Positions 19,566 to 29,984 are shown, counted from the first letter of the stretch. The stretch: DNA of 64,000 nucleotides from Planctomycetota bacterium (GCA_038213805.1 JBBQSO010000024.1:1-64000); one strand, 5' to 3'. Program-made: numbers and translations. Notes: generated from the letters alone by a model not told the origin.

Positions 19566-19952
19566 TCAGCGGCGCCAAGAGCGGTAGGCGAGCCATCCCC
19601 CCACCAGGGGAAGAGCCAGGAAGAGGGCGCCGGCGACGCAGGACCCAGCGGCCGCGCTGCCCAGCCAGCTGGATAAGGCCAAGGCCACCCCCTGGACCAT
19701 GAGGATCGCGCCCGTAGCGGCCATGGCAACGCCCGCGGCGACGATGACCAGGGTCATCAGCACCGCGCTCGCGGAGGCGGCTAGGCCGCGCAACAGACTT
19801 GCGCGCAGCTCGTGTCCGAGTTGGACGATGATGGTGCGTACTCCCTCCAACAGGCTGGCCAGGGGGTGCGCCTCCGGCGCTTCCGCGTCCAGCTCATCGT
19901 CCGGTGGGGGAGCCGTCGGTGCATCATCATGGTGTGCGGGCATGTTCCTCAT
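19566..19952 (-). CDS. YqjE/phage-holin-like two-TM membrane protein
   Basis: Amphipathic helix then two TM segments; RBS AGGAG. Confidence 0.55.
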   Translation of the reverse strand: MRNMPAHHDDAPTAPPPDDELDAEAPEAHPLASLLEGVRTIIVQLGHELRASLLRGLAASASAVLMTLVIVAAGVAMAATGAILMVQGVALALSSWLGSAAAGSCVAGALFLALPLVGGWLAYRSWRR

Positions 19953-20016
19953 CTCTCCTGATTACGTGCGAACGGGCTCGTACCGCGGCCGCATAGCGCA
20001 GCGGTCTGCACCATCT

Positions 20017-20187
20017 TCAGCGCGACCCGCGGCGGAACAGGCTGAAAATCGCCGAGAGGATGAAGAGCACGATGAACAGGAAGAACAGCACCTTGGCGAT
20101 CTCGATGGCGCTTCCATCGATGCCGCCGAACCCGAGCAGCCCCGCGAGCAGCGCGATGATGAAGAAAGCTGCGGACCAGTAGAGCAT
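20017..20187 (-). CDS. DUF1328 (UPF0391/YtjA) small membrane protein
   Basis: MLYWSAAFFIIALLAGLLGFGGI..IAKVLFFLF. Confidence 0.92.
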   Translation of the reverse strand: MLYWSAAFFIIALLAGLLGFGGIDGSAIEIAKVLFFLFIVLFILSAIFSLFRRGSR

Positions 20188-20281
20188 GGTGGACTCGCGA
20201 ACTGTCGCAGGGAACTCCGTACGGTGATGACCGAAAATGTGGACGATCGGCAAACACGTCGCGGACGCCTGGAAAGGCATA

Positions 20282-20298
20282 AGCGAGGTTTGTGCCAA
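20282..20298 (-). promoter_or_regulatory. sigma-54 element TTGGCACAAACCTCGCT
   Basis: GG-N10-GC upstream of DUF1328. Confidence 0.65.
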
Positions 20299-20710
20299 TG
20301 CTACAAGTGTCGGTATGCCAACGGCCCTATCTCTTCGCCAACCAGTAGCCCACCGATGCGTGCAGGACCATGGATGGAGGTCGAAGGCGGTTGCATCACG
20401 GGCTTCTCGTGAAGATGACGACGTCAAGCCCGAGGTGCCGCTGGGAATTTCGCGCTGACAGTGGGAGCATCCACGCATCCCCATGCAGGATGCCCGATGG
20501 CCACTGCTTTCCAGGGTGCAGTCTGCACCCTGACCATGGACGTGGGATCGTGTTATCTACGCGCTAGAGGCTGTCACTTCGGACCCAGAAAAGGCATCGA
20601 GCGTGCCGCGCTGAAGCGCGCTGCGAGACGCAGAAAACCGCATAAATTCCGCGTTTTTTCCTATTGGCGAATTCATTCTGTTGGAGATATGGGCACGGCC
20701 CCCAGGGCTT

Positions 20711-20727
20711 TGGCACGTCTTGCGCCA
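20711..20727 (+). promoter_or_regulatory. sigma-54 element TGGCACGTCTTGCGCCA
   Basis: GG-N10-GC; also fits on the minus strand. Confidence 0.55.
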
Positions 20728-20840
20728 ATGGACAGCAGTCCAGCAGGCGCCGCACGCGTCTGGTCGGATGCCGGTGGTGTCGGTCATGCCGACCCCACCC
20801 GACAGTTCCCAACCACCGCCCTTCCTTCACCGGAGACATC

Positions 20841-21371
20841 ATGTCCATCTTCACCCGTCCTCTGCCGCTGCGTCTCGTCGCTGGCTGCTCCCTGTTCGCC
20901 GCTGCCATGGCCCCGCTCGCCGCCATGGACAACCTGGGCGCCGACAGCTCGTACCCGCGCGTCGGCGGCGAAGTGCTGTTCGGCACCAGCGGCTTCGAGC
21001 CGGGCATCGACGCCGCATGGCGTTTCCACACCATGTCCTCGACCATGATCATCCGTCCCGAACTGACCCTCAGCGAGGATTCGCGCCCGGGTGTCGCAAT
21101 CTCGGTCAGCTGGAACCTGGACATGCTCAACCTGCCCAAGAACCAGACCCTGAGCGTCGGTCCGCGCATCGCGTGGCACAACAGCGATGATCACGGCCTT
21201 GAGGGCGGCCTGATGGGTCTCTACTCGTTCGATTTTATGAACGACCGTCCCGGTCACCACTTCTTTGAAGTGATCGGCGTCGCGGGTCTGGTCGAGGACA
21301 AGAGCAACGACAACGACAAGGCGACGCGTTTCGGCGGCACCATCGGTGTTGGCTACTCGTATCAGTTCTAA
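20841..21371 (+). CDS. Small outer-membrane beta-barrel protein
   Basis: Signal peptide; C-terminal GVGYSYQF; RBS GGAG. Confidence 0.72.
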   Translation: MSIFTRPLPLRLVAGCSLFAAAMAPLAAMDNLGADSSYPRVGGEVLFGTSGFEPGIDAAWRFHTMSSTMIIRPELTLSEDSRPGVAISVSWNLDMLNLPKNQTLSVGPRIAWHNSDDHGLEGGLMGLYSFDFMNDRPGHHFFEVIGVAGLVEDKSNDNDKATRFGGTIGVGYSYQF

Positions 21372-21619
21372 GCCTCGGACCACAACTGCTGAAACCCGCC
21401 CGGACCGGCCGTCCGCCGACGCCCACACCGTCGGCGGGCGGGCCGGTCCGCGGCGGTTCAAGCCGTGTCGCCTGCAACTGGCCTGGCTGGTGGAACGCCT
21501 CTCCTGGCTCACCACCACACCGCGCTGTCGCGGCTGTGCCCGCGGGCGGCATCTTCTTGTCATCTCTTTGCACCGGTCGAGAATTCCAGGCCGGCCCGCA
21601 CCAGGTTCCGGCGACGCCC

Positions 21620-22618
21620 ATGAACACCATGCTCCTCCGTGTCCTCATCATCGCCGCGGCTACGGCGATGACCTTGGCATGGTGGTTCCATGGCCCATCG
21701 TCGACCCCGCTTGCGCTGCGCCTGGGTACGACCCGCACACCCTTTTCAGCCGAGGTATGGCTCGCAGCGTCTCGCGGTTATTTTGCCGCCGAGGGACTCG
21801 CCGTGACGGTCGTCCCCTACGGCTCCGGCAAGCTTGCCCTCGCAGACATGCTCGCCGGCAAGGTCGACTTCGCCACGGCGGCCGACACTCCCATCATGTT
21901 CGCGCTGGTTGACGATCTGCCCCTGCGCGTGCTCGCGACGCTCGTCACCTGCAGCGATGCGGTCGAGATGGTGGCGCGCCGCGACCGTGGCATCGCCACC
22001 GGGCGCGACCTCGCGGGCCACCGTGTCGGCGTGGTAACGGGAACGAACTCGCAGTACTTCCTCGACACTTTCTTGGAGGTCAGTGGCCTCGCCGCCGGCG
22101 TGATCGAGCGCGTGGCCCTGGAAACCGACGACCTGGCGCCGGCGCTTGCGGACGGACGGGTTGATGCGATCGCGGCCTGGACGCCGTACTCGGTACGCGC
22201 GAAAGCACTGCTGGGCGACCGTGCGGTGAGCATGCGCGTCGGCAGCATGTACCGCTGGACCTGGAACCTCGTTGCATCCGGCGTCGGGGACAACCCGGGC
22301 GCTGCCGGGGTCCTGCGCGCCCTGCGACGCGCGGCCGCGGACCTTCTGGCGGATCCCGTCGGGGTCGCGACCGAGGTCGCCGGGCAGCTCGGATTGCCAG
22401 CCCAGTCGCTGCCGGACGAGTGGCGCCACACCCACTTCGAGGTGACGATCGATCAGGCCCTGATCGTCAACCTCGAGATGCAGGCGCGTTGGGCGATCGG
22501 CTGCGGGCTGGCCAGGCCCGGTGCCGTTCCCGACTTCCTGCCGGCGATGGCCCCGGGCCCGCTGCGTGGGATCGACCCGGCGCTGGTCACGCTGATCGAT
22601 GGCAAGGACCCGCGATGA
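21620..22618 (+). CDS. NrtA/SsuA/NMT1-like substrate-binding protein
   Basis: GYFAAEGL, SGKLALADMLAGKVDFA, DLAGHRVGV..GTNSQY, GRVDAIAAWTP. Confidence 0.85.
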   Translation: MNTMLLRVLIIAAATAMTLAWWFHGPSSTPLALRLGTTRTPFSAEVWLAASRGYFAAEGLAVTVVPYGSGKLALADMLAGKVDFATAADTPIMFALVDDLPLRVLATLVTCSDAVEMVARRDRGIATGRDLAGHRVGVVTGTNSQYFLDTFLEVSGLAAGVIERVALETDDLAPALADGRVDAIAAWTPYSVRAKALLGDRAVSMRVGSMYRWTWNLVASGVGDNPGAAGVLRALRRAAADLLADPVGVATEVAGQLGLPAQSLPDEWRHTHFEVTIDQALIVNLEMQARWAIGCGLARPGAVPDFLPAMAPGPLRGIDPALVTLIDGKDPR

Positions 22619-25035
22619 CGCTGCGCCGCACCGCAACCGTCGCGGTCGTATCGGTCAGCCTGCTGCTGCTGCTCTTGCTCGTGCAGCTGATCCGCTCCGG
22701 CGACACCACCAGGCGGCTGGACGGTTTGAGCGCCCAGGCCAATGGCATCACTGCGACCGTGTCCTCGCTGGACCACCTGGTCTACGAGTACCTGCTGCAG
22801 CCACACGCGCGCCCCGCGCAGCAGTGGCGCCTGCTCAGCGCGCAGCTGGGCGGCCAGCTCGACGACCTGGAGGCGGCTGGCGGCGACGCTGCAGCGGTCG
22901 CGGGCCTGCGCCGCGAGCTGGGCAAGGCGCACGAGCTGTTCGAGGCGCTGGTCGACGAGATGAAAGGCGGTGGCCCCGACCAGGCTGCTCTGGCCGCGCG
23001 TCGCAGCCGCATCGCCGAACAGATGCTGCTGGGCTCGCGCGCGATGTCTCAGGAGGCGGCGCGCATCCATCGCCTCGCCATCCGGCAGCGCGCCACCGTG
23101 CAGTCGCGGGACAGCCTGATCGCGATCGGGGCGCTGGCGGCGACCTTCGGTATGCTCGCCTGGCTGCTCATGCACGTGCGGCGGCGCGTGCTGCTGCCGC
23201 TGGATGCGCTGCAGCGCAGCACCGAGCGCGTCTCCGCAGGCAACCTCGACCAGCAACCCGGCGACATGCGCGCCGACGAGATCGGCGACCTCGCGCGGGC
23301 CTTCGACCGGATGGTGGGGCAGCTGCGCGAATCGCGCCGCCTGCTCCAGGCCGAGGAGTCCAAGCGCGCCGGCGAGGAGCGCCAGCGCCAGCTCATCGAC
23401 GCGCTGCCGGGGTTGGTCTGGGCGGCGCGCCCCGACGGCGCCAGCGAAGCCTTCAACCGCGCCTGGCGCACTCAGCTCGGCGTCGATGCCGACGCGCCCG
23501 GCTTCGATTGGACCGCACTGCTGCATCCGGACGACGCGTCCCTCTGGCGGCAGACCTGGAAGCGCGCCCTGGCTGGCGCCGGACCGATCCAGTGCCAGTT
23601 CCGCCTCGATTGCCGCGGCGAATGGCGGTGGCACCTGGCGCGCGTGGCGCCGCTGTGCGACGCGCAGGGCCGCCTCGTGTTATGGGTCGGCACCGCTGCC
23701 GACATCCATCAGCATAAGGACCTTGAGGACCACCTGCGCCGTTCGCGCAACCAAGCCGAACTGCTCAATCAGGCAGGGCTCGACCTGGTCGCCGAGGTCG
23801 ACGTCGAACGCCTCTGCCAGCGCGTCACCGCCGCGGCCACCGCCCTGGCCGGGGCGGACTTCGGCGCCTTGTTCCTCGACGTCAGCGATTCCGACCGCGA
23901 TGGCCCGCACCTGCACCATGTCGCCGGTCTGCCCGCCACCGCCGCCGTCGACTTCCCGCCACTCGAGTTGGCCGCGCTGTTCCCGACGGAGTACCCCGGG
24001 CAGGCGATCGTGCGCTGTGAGGACGTGCTCGTCGATCCGCGTTACGCGGCCGCCGTCAGCGGGCACGTGCCGGGGGGGATGGCGGTACGCAGTTACCTGG
24101 CGGTTCCGCTGCGCACGCGCTCCGGCCGCATCATCGGGGGCATCTACTGCGCGCACGCCCAGCCCGGCCGCTTCAGCCTGCACCATGAGCGCCTGGTCGC
24201 GGGCATCGCCGCGCTGGCCGCCATCGCCCTCGACAATGCCCGTCTGTTCGAGGGCGAGCGCCGGCAGCGCCGCCTGGCCGACAACCGCGCCGGGGAGCTG
24301 GCCCGTTCCAACGCCGAGCTCGAGCAGTTCGCCTACATCTGTTCGCACGACCTGCAGGAGCCGCTGCGCATGATCAGCTCGTTCCTGGGGCTGCTCGAGG
24401 AGCGCTACCGCGAGCAGCTCGATGAGCGCGGGCGCGGCTTCATCGCCCGCGCGGTCGCTGGGGCGAGCCGCATGCAGAACCTGATCCGCGACATCCTGTC
24501 CTTCTCGCGGGTCAGCCGCGGCGAACGCGCCGAGGAGCGGCTGGCGCTGCGCGAGGCGCTCGACGAGGCGCTCAGCAACCTCCAACCGCAGCTCGATGCC
24601 GCGCATGCGACCGTCGAGGTCGGCATCCTGCCGGTGGTGCGCGGCAACCGCCTGCAGTTCCTCCAGCTGTTCCAGAACCTGGTCGGCAACGCCCTCAAGT
24701 TCACCGACGGCCGCCCGCCGCTGATCCGCATCGCCGCCCTGCGCGAGGAGTCGGGCTGGCGGGTCAGCGTCGCCGACAACGGCATCGGCATCGCGCCCGA
24801 ACACCACCGCCGGATCTTCCAGGTCTTCCAGCGCCTGCACGGGCGGGAGCGCTTCGAAGGCACCGGCATCGGCCTGAGCCTGTGCGAAAAGATCGTCCTG
24901 GCGCACGGTGGCACCATCGGCGTCGAATCGCAGCCAGGTGAGGGCGCGACGTTCTGGTTCACCCTCCCGGATGGTGACACCAGTGGGGTCATGGCGGCGG
25001 TGCAGGGTACGCCGATCGGCGACGGAATCGCCTGA
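22615..25035 (+). CDS. Membrane sensor histidine kinase (TM-HAMP-PAS-GAF-HisKA-HATPase)
   Basis: DEIGDLARAF, LHPDD, GAF, SHDLQEPLR, NLVGNALKF, DNGIGI, GTGIGL; ATGA overlap with the upstream gene. Confidence 0.92.
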   Translation: MTLRRTATVAVVSVSLLLLLLLVQLIRSGDTTRRLDGLSAQANGITATVSSLDHLVYEYLLQPHARPAQQWRLLSAQLGGQLDDLEAAGGDAAAVAGLRRELGKAHELFEALVDEMKGGGPDQAALAARRSRIAEQMLLGSRAMSQEAARIHRLAIRQRATVQSRDSLIAIGALAATFGMLAWLLMHVRRRVLLPLDALQRSTERVSAGNLDQQPGDMRADEIGDLARAFDRMVGQLRESRRLLQAEESKRAGEERQRQLIDALPGLVWAARPDGASEAFNRAWRTQLGVDADAPGFDWTALLHPDDASLWRQTWKRALAGAGPIQCQFRLDCRGEWRWHLARVAPLCDAQGRLVLWVGTAADIHQHKDLEDHLRRSRNQAELLNQAGLDLVAEVDVERLCQRVTAAATALAGADFGALFLDVSDSDRDGPHLHHVAGLPATAAVDFPPLELAALFPTEYPGQAIVRCEDVLVDPRYAAAVSGHVPGGMAVRSYLAVPLRTRSGRIIGGIYCAHAQPGRFSLHHERLVAGIAALAAIALDNARLFEGERRQRRLADNRAGELARSNAELEQFAYICSHDLQEPLRMISSFLGLLEERYREQLDERGRGFIARAVAGASRMQNLIRDILSFSRVSRGERAEERLALREALDEALSNLQPQLDAAHATVEVGILPVVRGNRLQFLQLFQNLVGNALKFTDGRPPLIRIAALREESGWRVSVADNGIGIAPEHHRRIFQVFQRLHGRERFEGTGIGLSLCEKIVLAHGGTIGVESQPGEGATFWFTLPDGDTSGVMAAVQGTPIGDGIA

Positions 25036-25044
25036 CTGCGTGAT

Positions 25045-25060
25045 TGGCACGGATGGCGCC
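25045..25060 (+). promoter_or_regulatory. sigma-54 element TGGCACGGATGGCGCC
   Basis: GG-N10-GC upstream of ATG 25145. Confidence 0.5.
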
Positions 25061-25144
25061 GCAGTTCCGGCCCGTGATCCACCTCAATCAGCACGCCCTG
25101 CGCAACCCCATGGCATATGTCGCCACCAGCGGCTACGATCAGTC

Positions 25145-25612
25145 ATGACCGACCAGGCTCATCCGCCATCACTCCCACAGCCGTCGGGCGCAGCCACAAC
25201 CACCAAGCTGGCACCGGCGATCCTGGTCGTCGACGACAATCCCGGCGACATCGAACTGGTGCGCATCGCGTTCGAGATGAGTGACATCGAAGTGCGCCTG
25301 GACTGGGCGACCGACGGTCATGAGGCCATGCGCCGCCTGGAACGCTGCCTGACGAGCGCTGCGGCGCTGCCCGACCTCATCCTGCTCGATCTCAACATGC
25401 CGCGCGCCAACGGCTTCGAAGTCCTGCGCTTCCTGAGCGACATGGGCCTCAGTGCGCGCATCCCCGTGATCGTGCTGTCGACTTCGCGCCAGGCTGAGGA
25501 TCGCCGCCGCTGCCTGGAACTGGGGGCGCGCGAATTCCGCACCAAGCCCGAGCTGATCCGCGACCTGGTGGACATGGTCCGCTCGCTGCAGCCGTATCTC
25601 ATGGGAAAATGA
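25145..25612 (+). CDS. Single-domain response regulator (Rcp1-like)
   Basis: ILVVDDNPGD, PDLILLDLNMP, LSTS, TKP. Confidence 0.9.
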   Translation: MTDQAHPPSLPQPSGAATTTKLAPAILVVDDNPGDIELVRIAFEMSDIEVRLDWATDGHEAMRRLERCLTSAAALPDLILLDLNMPRANGFEVLRFLSDMGLSARIPVIVLSTSRQAEDRRRCLELGAREFRTKPELIRDLVDMVRSLQPYLMGK

Positions 25613-25921
25613 CGGGCCGCCCGACGTCATCCGCGCACGCATGATGCAGCGTAGGTGGCGTTGCACGTAAGCACGCCCATGAGCGGGTGCTGTCACTTCA
25701 CCGATGTGATGGCGTGCCCGGCGTCTTTGCTTGGACCCGTCGCCATGCTCGGCCAGCGCAACGCCACGTCATGCGTACTGGCCCGCTGGCCCGCACGGAG
25801 GTTGTCGCACAGCGGAACGTGATTCAAATAAATGGGGTCGCCGAGAGGGTGGTCAGACCCTTCTCGACGCCCCTAATGTACATGGCGCACACGAGTACCG
25901 CGAACGCGATACCAATTCTGC

Positions 25922-27307
25922 TTACAGCCCCAGGCGCTGGCGCTTGCGCCACAGCGTGGACGGCTCGATGCCGAGGATGCGCGCAGCCTCGTCGAAAGTG
26001 TCGGTGCGCGCCAGGACCTTGCGGATGTGTTCGGTTTCGATGACGTCGAGCGAGCAGTTGCCACCCAGGTTGGGCGCCGGCTCGGCCTGCCCGCGCAGGC
26101 GCGGCGAGAAGGCCTCGGGCTCGATGGTGCGCGAGGGCCACAGCACAGTGATGCGCTGCAGTTCATTGCGCAGTTCGCGCACGTTGCCGGGCCAGGTGTA
26201 GGCGACCAGCAGGTCGCGCGCCGCCGGCGACAGCTCGCGCACCGGCGCCCCGGTCGCCGCGGCAAAGCCTGCGAGCAGCTTCATCGCCAACAGGATGATG
26301 TCCTCTTTGCGGTCACGCAGGGGCGGCAGGGTGATCTCGACGACGTTGAGGCGGTAGAGCAGGTCCTCGCGGAAGCGCCCTTCCGTCACCGAGGTCTCGA
26401 GGTTGCGGTTGGTCGCCGCGACGATGCGCACGTCGGCCTGGCGCGTGCGCGTGTCGCCGAGGCGCTCGTAGCGCTGCTCCTGCAGGAAGCGCAGCAGTTT
26501 GGCCTGTACCGCCTGGCTGAGGTCGCCGAGCTCGTCGAGGAACAGCGTGCCACCCTCGGCGGCCTCGACCTTGCCGCGCTGATCGGCGACTGCGCCGGTG
26601 AAGGCGCCCTTGACGTGGCCGAACAGATCGCTGGTCATCAACTCGTCGGCCAGGGCCGGGCAGTTGACAGTCACGAACGGCCCCTTGGCGCGCTCGCTGC
26701 GCTGGTGCAAAGCCTGCGCGAACATGCTCTTGCCGGTACCGTTCTCGCCGCGCAGCAGCACCGGGATGTCGGCGAGCGCAGCACGCCCAACCATTTCCAG
26801 CGCGGCGCGCATCGACGGTGATGACGAGCTGGTGTCGATCTCGAGGCGCCCGCCGCCGCGCTCGAAGGCCGCGAGGTTGCTGGCGATGCGGCGGCTCTCG
26901 CGCACGTGCGCCACCAGTTCGCGCACCTGCAGCTGGGTGAACGGCTTGGGCATGTAGTTGCTGGCGCCGGCCTTCATCGCCTGCACCGCGGTCTCGTACG
27001 AGGCGAAGGCGGTGATCACCACGATCTGCAGGTTTGGATTCGCGGCGACCAGGCGCGGTAGCAAGGTCAGCCCGTCGTGCTCGGCGATACGCAGGTCGCA
27101 GAAGGCCAGGTCGTAGACATGGTCGCGCAGGTAGGCGAGCGCGGCTTCAGGTGCCGCCGCGATGTCGGTCTGGCAGCCCATCCCCTTGAGGTCGATGGCC
27201 ATACGTGCGCACAGCTGGCGATCATCGTCGATCACCAGGATGCGCAGGGGGGTGGGGGCGGCCTCGGGCTGGGCGGAAACGGTCGGGGTGGTCATGAGTT
27301 CGGTCAT
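25922..27307 (-). CDS. sigma-54-dependent response regulator (REC-AAA+-Fis HTH; AlgB/ZraR-like)
   Basis: GENGTGKS, GAFTGA, FLDE, FREDLLYRL, WPGNVRELRN, LGIEPSTLWRK. Confidence 0.93.
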   Translation of the reverse strand: MTELMTTPTVSAQPEAAPTPLRILVIDDDRQLCARMAIDLKGMGCQTDIAAAPEAALAYLRDHVYDLAFCDLRIAEHDGLTLLPRLVAANPNLQIVVITAFASYETAVQAMKAGASNYMPKPFTQLQVRELVAHVRESRRIASNLAAFERGGGRLEIDTSSSSPSMRAALEMVGRAALADIPVLLRGENGTGKSMFAQALHQRSERAKGPFVTVNCPALADELMTSDLFGHVKGAFTGAVADQRGKVEAAEGGTLFLDELGDLSQAVQAKLLRFLQEQRYERLGDTRTRQADVRIVAATNRNLETSVTEGRFREDLLYRLNVVEITLPPLRDRKEDIILLAMKLLAGFAAATGAPVRELSPAARDLLVAYTWPGNVRELRNELQRITVLWPSRTIEPEAFSPRLRGQAEPAPNLGGNCSLDVIETEHIRKVLARTDTFDEAARILGIEPSTLWRKRQRLGL

Positions 27308-27437
27308 TAGGTGTCCGTCACGGGGTGCGCGCAAGCGCTGATGCTGAGCTGTGGACTGGCGTCCGGGTGGTGGTGGCGGACCGGCAGGCCGGCCCTATCG
27401 TCCGCCGCCCGGCCACACCAGCCGGACGAGGGCGGTC

Positions 27438-27824
27438 ATGACAGCGCAGATCCTGATCGTCGAGGACAACCCGGACGAGGCCGAGCTGTTCCGGGCCGCA
27501 CTCGATGAGGTCGCCGCGGACGTGCGCGTGGCGGTGGCCGGCAGCGCCGGCGCCGCGCTCGAGCTGCTCGCAGGCGCTGGCGAATGGCCGCGCGTGCTGG
27601 TAACCGATCACCACCTGCCCGACCTCAGCGGCCAGGAGCTGATCCGCCGCGTGCTCGCGCAGCCGCGGGGTGCCCTGCTCGGCTTGGTGATGCTCTCGGG
27701 CGACACCCATGCACCGGAGCTGCCCGCGCCGGCCGTGTGGCGGGCGAAGCCCCAGACTTGGAATGCCTGGCGCACATGGGCCCGCGAGCTGGTCGACGGC
27801 CACGTGCGCATCCCCGGCGGCTGA
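27438..27824 (+). CDS. Single-domain response regulator
   Basis: ILIVEDN, VTDHHLPDLSG, AKP. Confidence 0.8.
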   Translation: MTAQILIVEDNPDEAELFRAALDEVAADVRVAVAGSAGAALELLAGAGEWPRVLVTDHHLPDLSGQELIRRVLAQPRGALLGLVMLSGDTHAPELPAPAVWRAKPQTWNAWRTWARELVDGHVRIPGG

Positions 27825-28056
27825 TGCCGGGCAGCAGTCGTTCGCATACGGGCGGATGGCAGCAAGGCGGTTCGACATCGCGGGCATCAGTGCACATCGC
27901 GTGCCATCAGTGCAGACCGGCGTCCAAAGCGCAGGCCGGCGCGGCCGATAGCGGCGACATCAGTGGAGCCAAAGTACCTCAAGGGCGCAGCCCGAGTCAG
28001 CCCCACCACTGCGGCGTGCGGTCTGGTCATGGCCCAGATCGTGCACTATGCAGCGC

Positions 28057-29088
28057 TCACTGCTCCGCGAACGATAGTCGCACGGTGGTCCCGCGTCCCG
28101 CTGCAGATTCTAGCCAGGCGCGGCCGCCATGGCCCTCAGCGACCGCGCGGCAGAGCGCCAAGCCGACTCCGGCGCCATATTCAGGACCGCGTCCACCGGT
28201 GGCGAACAGCCGGAAGAGGTGGGCCTGGTCGCGGGGTTCGATGCCGCGTCCGTTATCGGCGACGCTGAGCACGGACATCCCATCCGCATGGACGAGGCTG
28301 ATCACCGCCTGAGCCGGCGTGCCGGGCAGGGTGAAGGTCGCGGCGTTTCCGAGCAGCTGGGCCAGTGCCAGCGCGACCTGCCGCGCATCGCAGCGCAGCG
28401 TGCCGTCGGTGGCGACGTTCACCGCGACCTGCGCGTCCATCGGCAGCAGGGCGCGGGCAGCCTCAATCAGCGTGGCGAGCGCCACGCTGCCGTCGCAGGC
28501 CGGCGGGCTGAGGCGCGCGTAGTCGACCAGCGCGCGCAGCTGGCGCTGCACCCGCGCCGTGGCGGCGGTGGCGCTGGCCAGGCTGGCCCGGATGTCGCCG
28601 CCGCTCGCAAGGCGTTCTTCGATGAGGCTGAGATGGACGCTGGCCATGCGCACCGGCTCCTGCGCATCGTGCGAGAGCGCGCCGCCGAGTTCGGCGAGGC
28701 GCTGCCACGGCAGCGCGTCCACGGCCGGCGCCGGCGTCCCAACGAGCGGCTGCACGCGTTGGAGGATGCCGTCCGGTGCGGCGCAAAGCTCGACCATGGC
28801 AGCGAATTCGGCGCCGCGTGCGGGGCGGAAGCGCCGGCTGTACTGCGCGCTGGCGGCGCCGCTGGCGATGCGCACCAGCGCGTCGAGCTCGGCATCCAGG
28901 TCGAGGGGGTGGCCGATGCGTTCATAAGACCAGCCGAGCAGCGTCGCCTCGTCCGCGCCCAGCAGGCGGCAGCAGGCGGGATTGACCGCGCGATACCGGT
29001 GGTCGGCGCCGAGCACCGCGAGCGCCACCGACGATTCGGACCAGAAGCCCTGCCACCAACTTCCGGGCTGTCCAATAGCGTTCTGCAT
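28057..29088 (-). CDS. Cytoplasmic PAS histidine kinase
   Basis: VNPACCRLLG..HPLD PAS; SHDAQEPVR; DNGRGI; GAGVGL. Confidence 0.85.
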   Translation of the reverse strand: MQNAIGQPGSWWQGFWSESSVALAVLGADHRYRAVNPACCRLLGADEATLLGWSYERIGHPLDLDAELDALVRIASGAASAQYSRRFRPARGAEFAAMVELCAAPDGILQRVQPLVGTPAPAVDALPWQRLAELGGALSHDAQEPVRMASVHLSLIEERLASGGDIRASLASATAATARVQRQLRALVDYARLSPPACDGSVALATLIEAARALLPMDAQVAVNVATDGTLRCDARQVALALAQLLGNAATFTLPGTPAQAVISLVHADGMSVLSVADNGRGIEPRDQAHLFRLFATGGRGPEYGAGVGLALCRAVAEGHGGRAWLESAAGRGTTVRLSFAEQ

Positions 29089-29135
29089 CGCGGCGGAGTG
29101 TGAGCGCGGATCGGGCCGTTGCTACAGCGGTGATA

Positions 29136-29151
29136 TGGCACGCCGTATGCG
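29136..29151 (+). promoter_or_regulatory. sigma-54 element TGGCACGCCGTATGCG
   Basis: GG-N10-GC upstream of ATG 29240. Confidence 0.65.
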
Positions 29152-29239
29152 GAACCGATCAGTTGACGCTCACGCGTGTCGCGGACTCGGCACCCCGCCA
29201 GTTCGCGGCTTCGCACGCCAAACTCCCGAGGTCCCTTAC

Positions 29240-29461
29240 ATGACACGCCCACTCAATGCACGCACCCTCCTCTTCGTTGCGGGGTTCTTCGCGCTCGCTG
29301 GTTGCGGTGACGCCACCGGTCAAGGGCCAGCCCAGCAGGCTGGTAAGGCCGTGGACCGGGCCGCCGAAAAGACCGGCGAAGTCCTCAAGGAAGGCGCGCA
29401 GAAGACTGGTGCGGCAGTCGAGAAGGCCGGCGAGAAGATTCAGGACGCCACTACGAAGTGA
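29240..29461 (+). CDS. Small LEA/CsbD-like amphipathic lipoprotein
   Basis: Lipobox LAG-C; GPAQQAGKAVDRAAEKTG..EKAGEKIQDA repeats; RBS GAGG. Confidence 0.8.
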   Translation: MTRPLNARTLLFVAGFFALAGCGDATGQGPAQQAGKAVDRAAEKTGEVLKEGAQKTGAAVEKAGEKIQDATTK

Positions 29462-29687
29462 GCGCTATCGGGGCGCTCGAAATCCGCTGGTGGAGCGGGC
29501 GACTCCGGGACGGACTATCAGACCCAACTGAGTTGGGACACGATCCACTTAATCCCGCCGCTGGCTGGATCAGGCGTTCCATGGGCATTCGCCAAGGCCT
29601 GAATCACGCGGGCCCCGACAACCTACCCTCGTGTGCTTGCATGCGAAAATAGCGGCGTGTGGCGAGATCGGGAATCGCGTCTGCCGC

Positions 29688-29984
29688 TCAGGCGACGGCG
29701 CGGTCGATCGTCCTGCTCATCGCCAGCGAGCTGCGCGTTCCGCTCTCGCGCCGTCCCGGTTCAACTTCGCCACCGGCATCGCGCACCAGGTCGCTGGCGT
29801 ACGAACGCTCGGCCGGCCCGTCCACGCGCACCAGGAAGCGGATCACACCGCCATCATCGGGGTCGTGTCCGATGAATTCGGGATCGGGGAAGCCTACGGT
29901 ACGCAGCTGGTGCAGGATCTCGGCGGCGAGGTGGTGGTCGGCGGCGACCGCGACGATGGTCTCACTGGGGGCGACGACGAGCAT
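29688..29984 (-). CDS. Small hypothetical protein
   Basis: 98 aa; AAGG RBS and a sigma-54 element at 30025-30041. Confidence 0.55.
   Translation of the reverse strand: MLVVAPSETIVAVAADHHLAAEILHQLRTVGFPDPEFIGHDPDDGGVIRFLVRVDGPAERSYASDLVRDAGGEVEPGRRESGTRSSLAMSRTIDRAVA

Noticed and set aside
19566..19952. Holin implying a prophage
   Set aside because: YqjE-like proteins are common in stress operons; no phage genes are present
28030..28045. TGGCCCAGATCGTGCA as an additional sigma-54 promoter
   Set aside because: Weaker -24 match, and it points antisense into the kinase 3' end with no target gene
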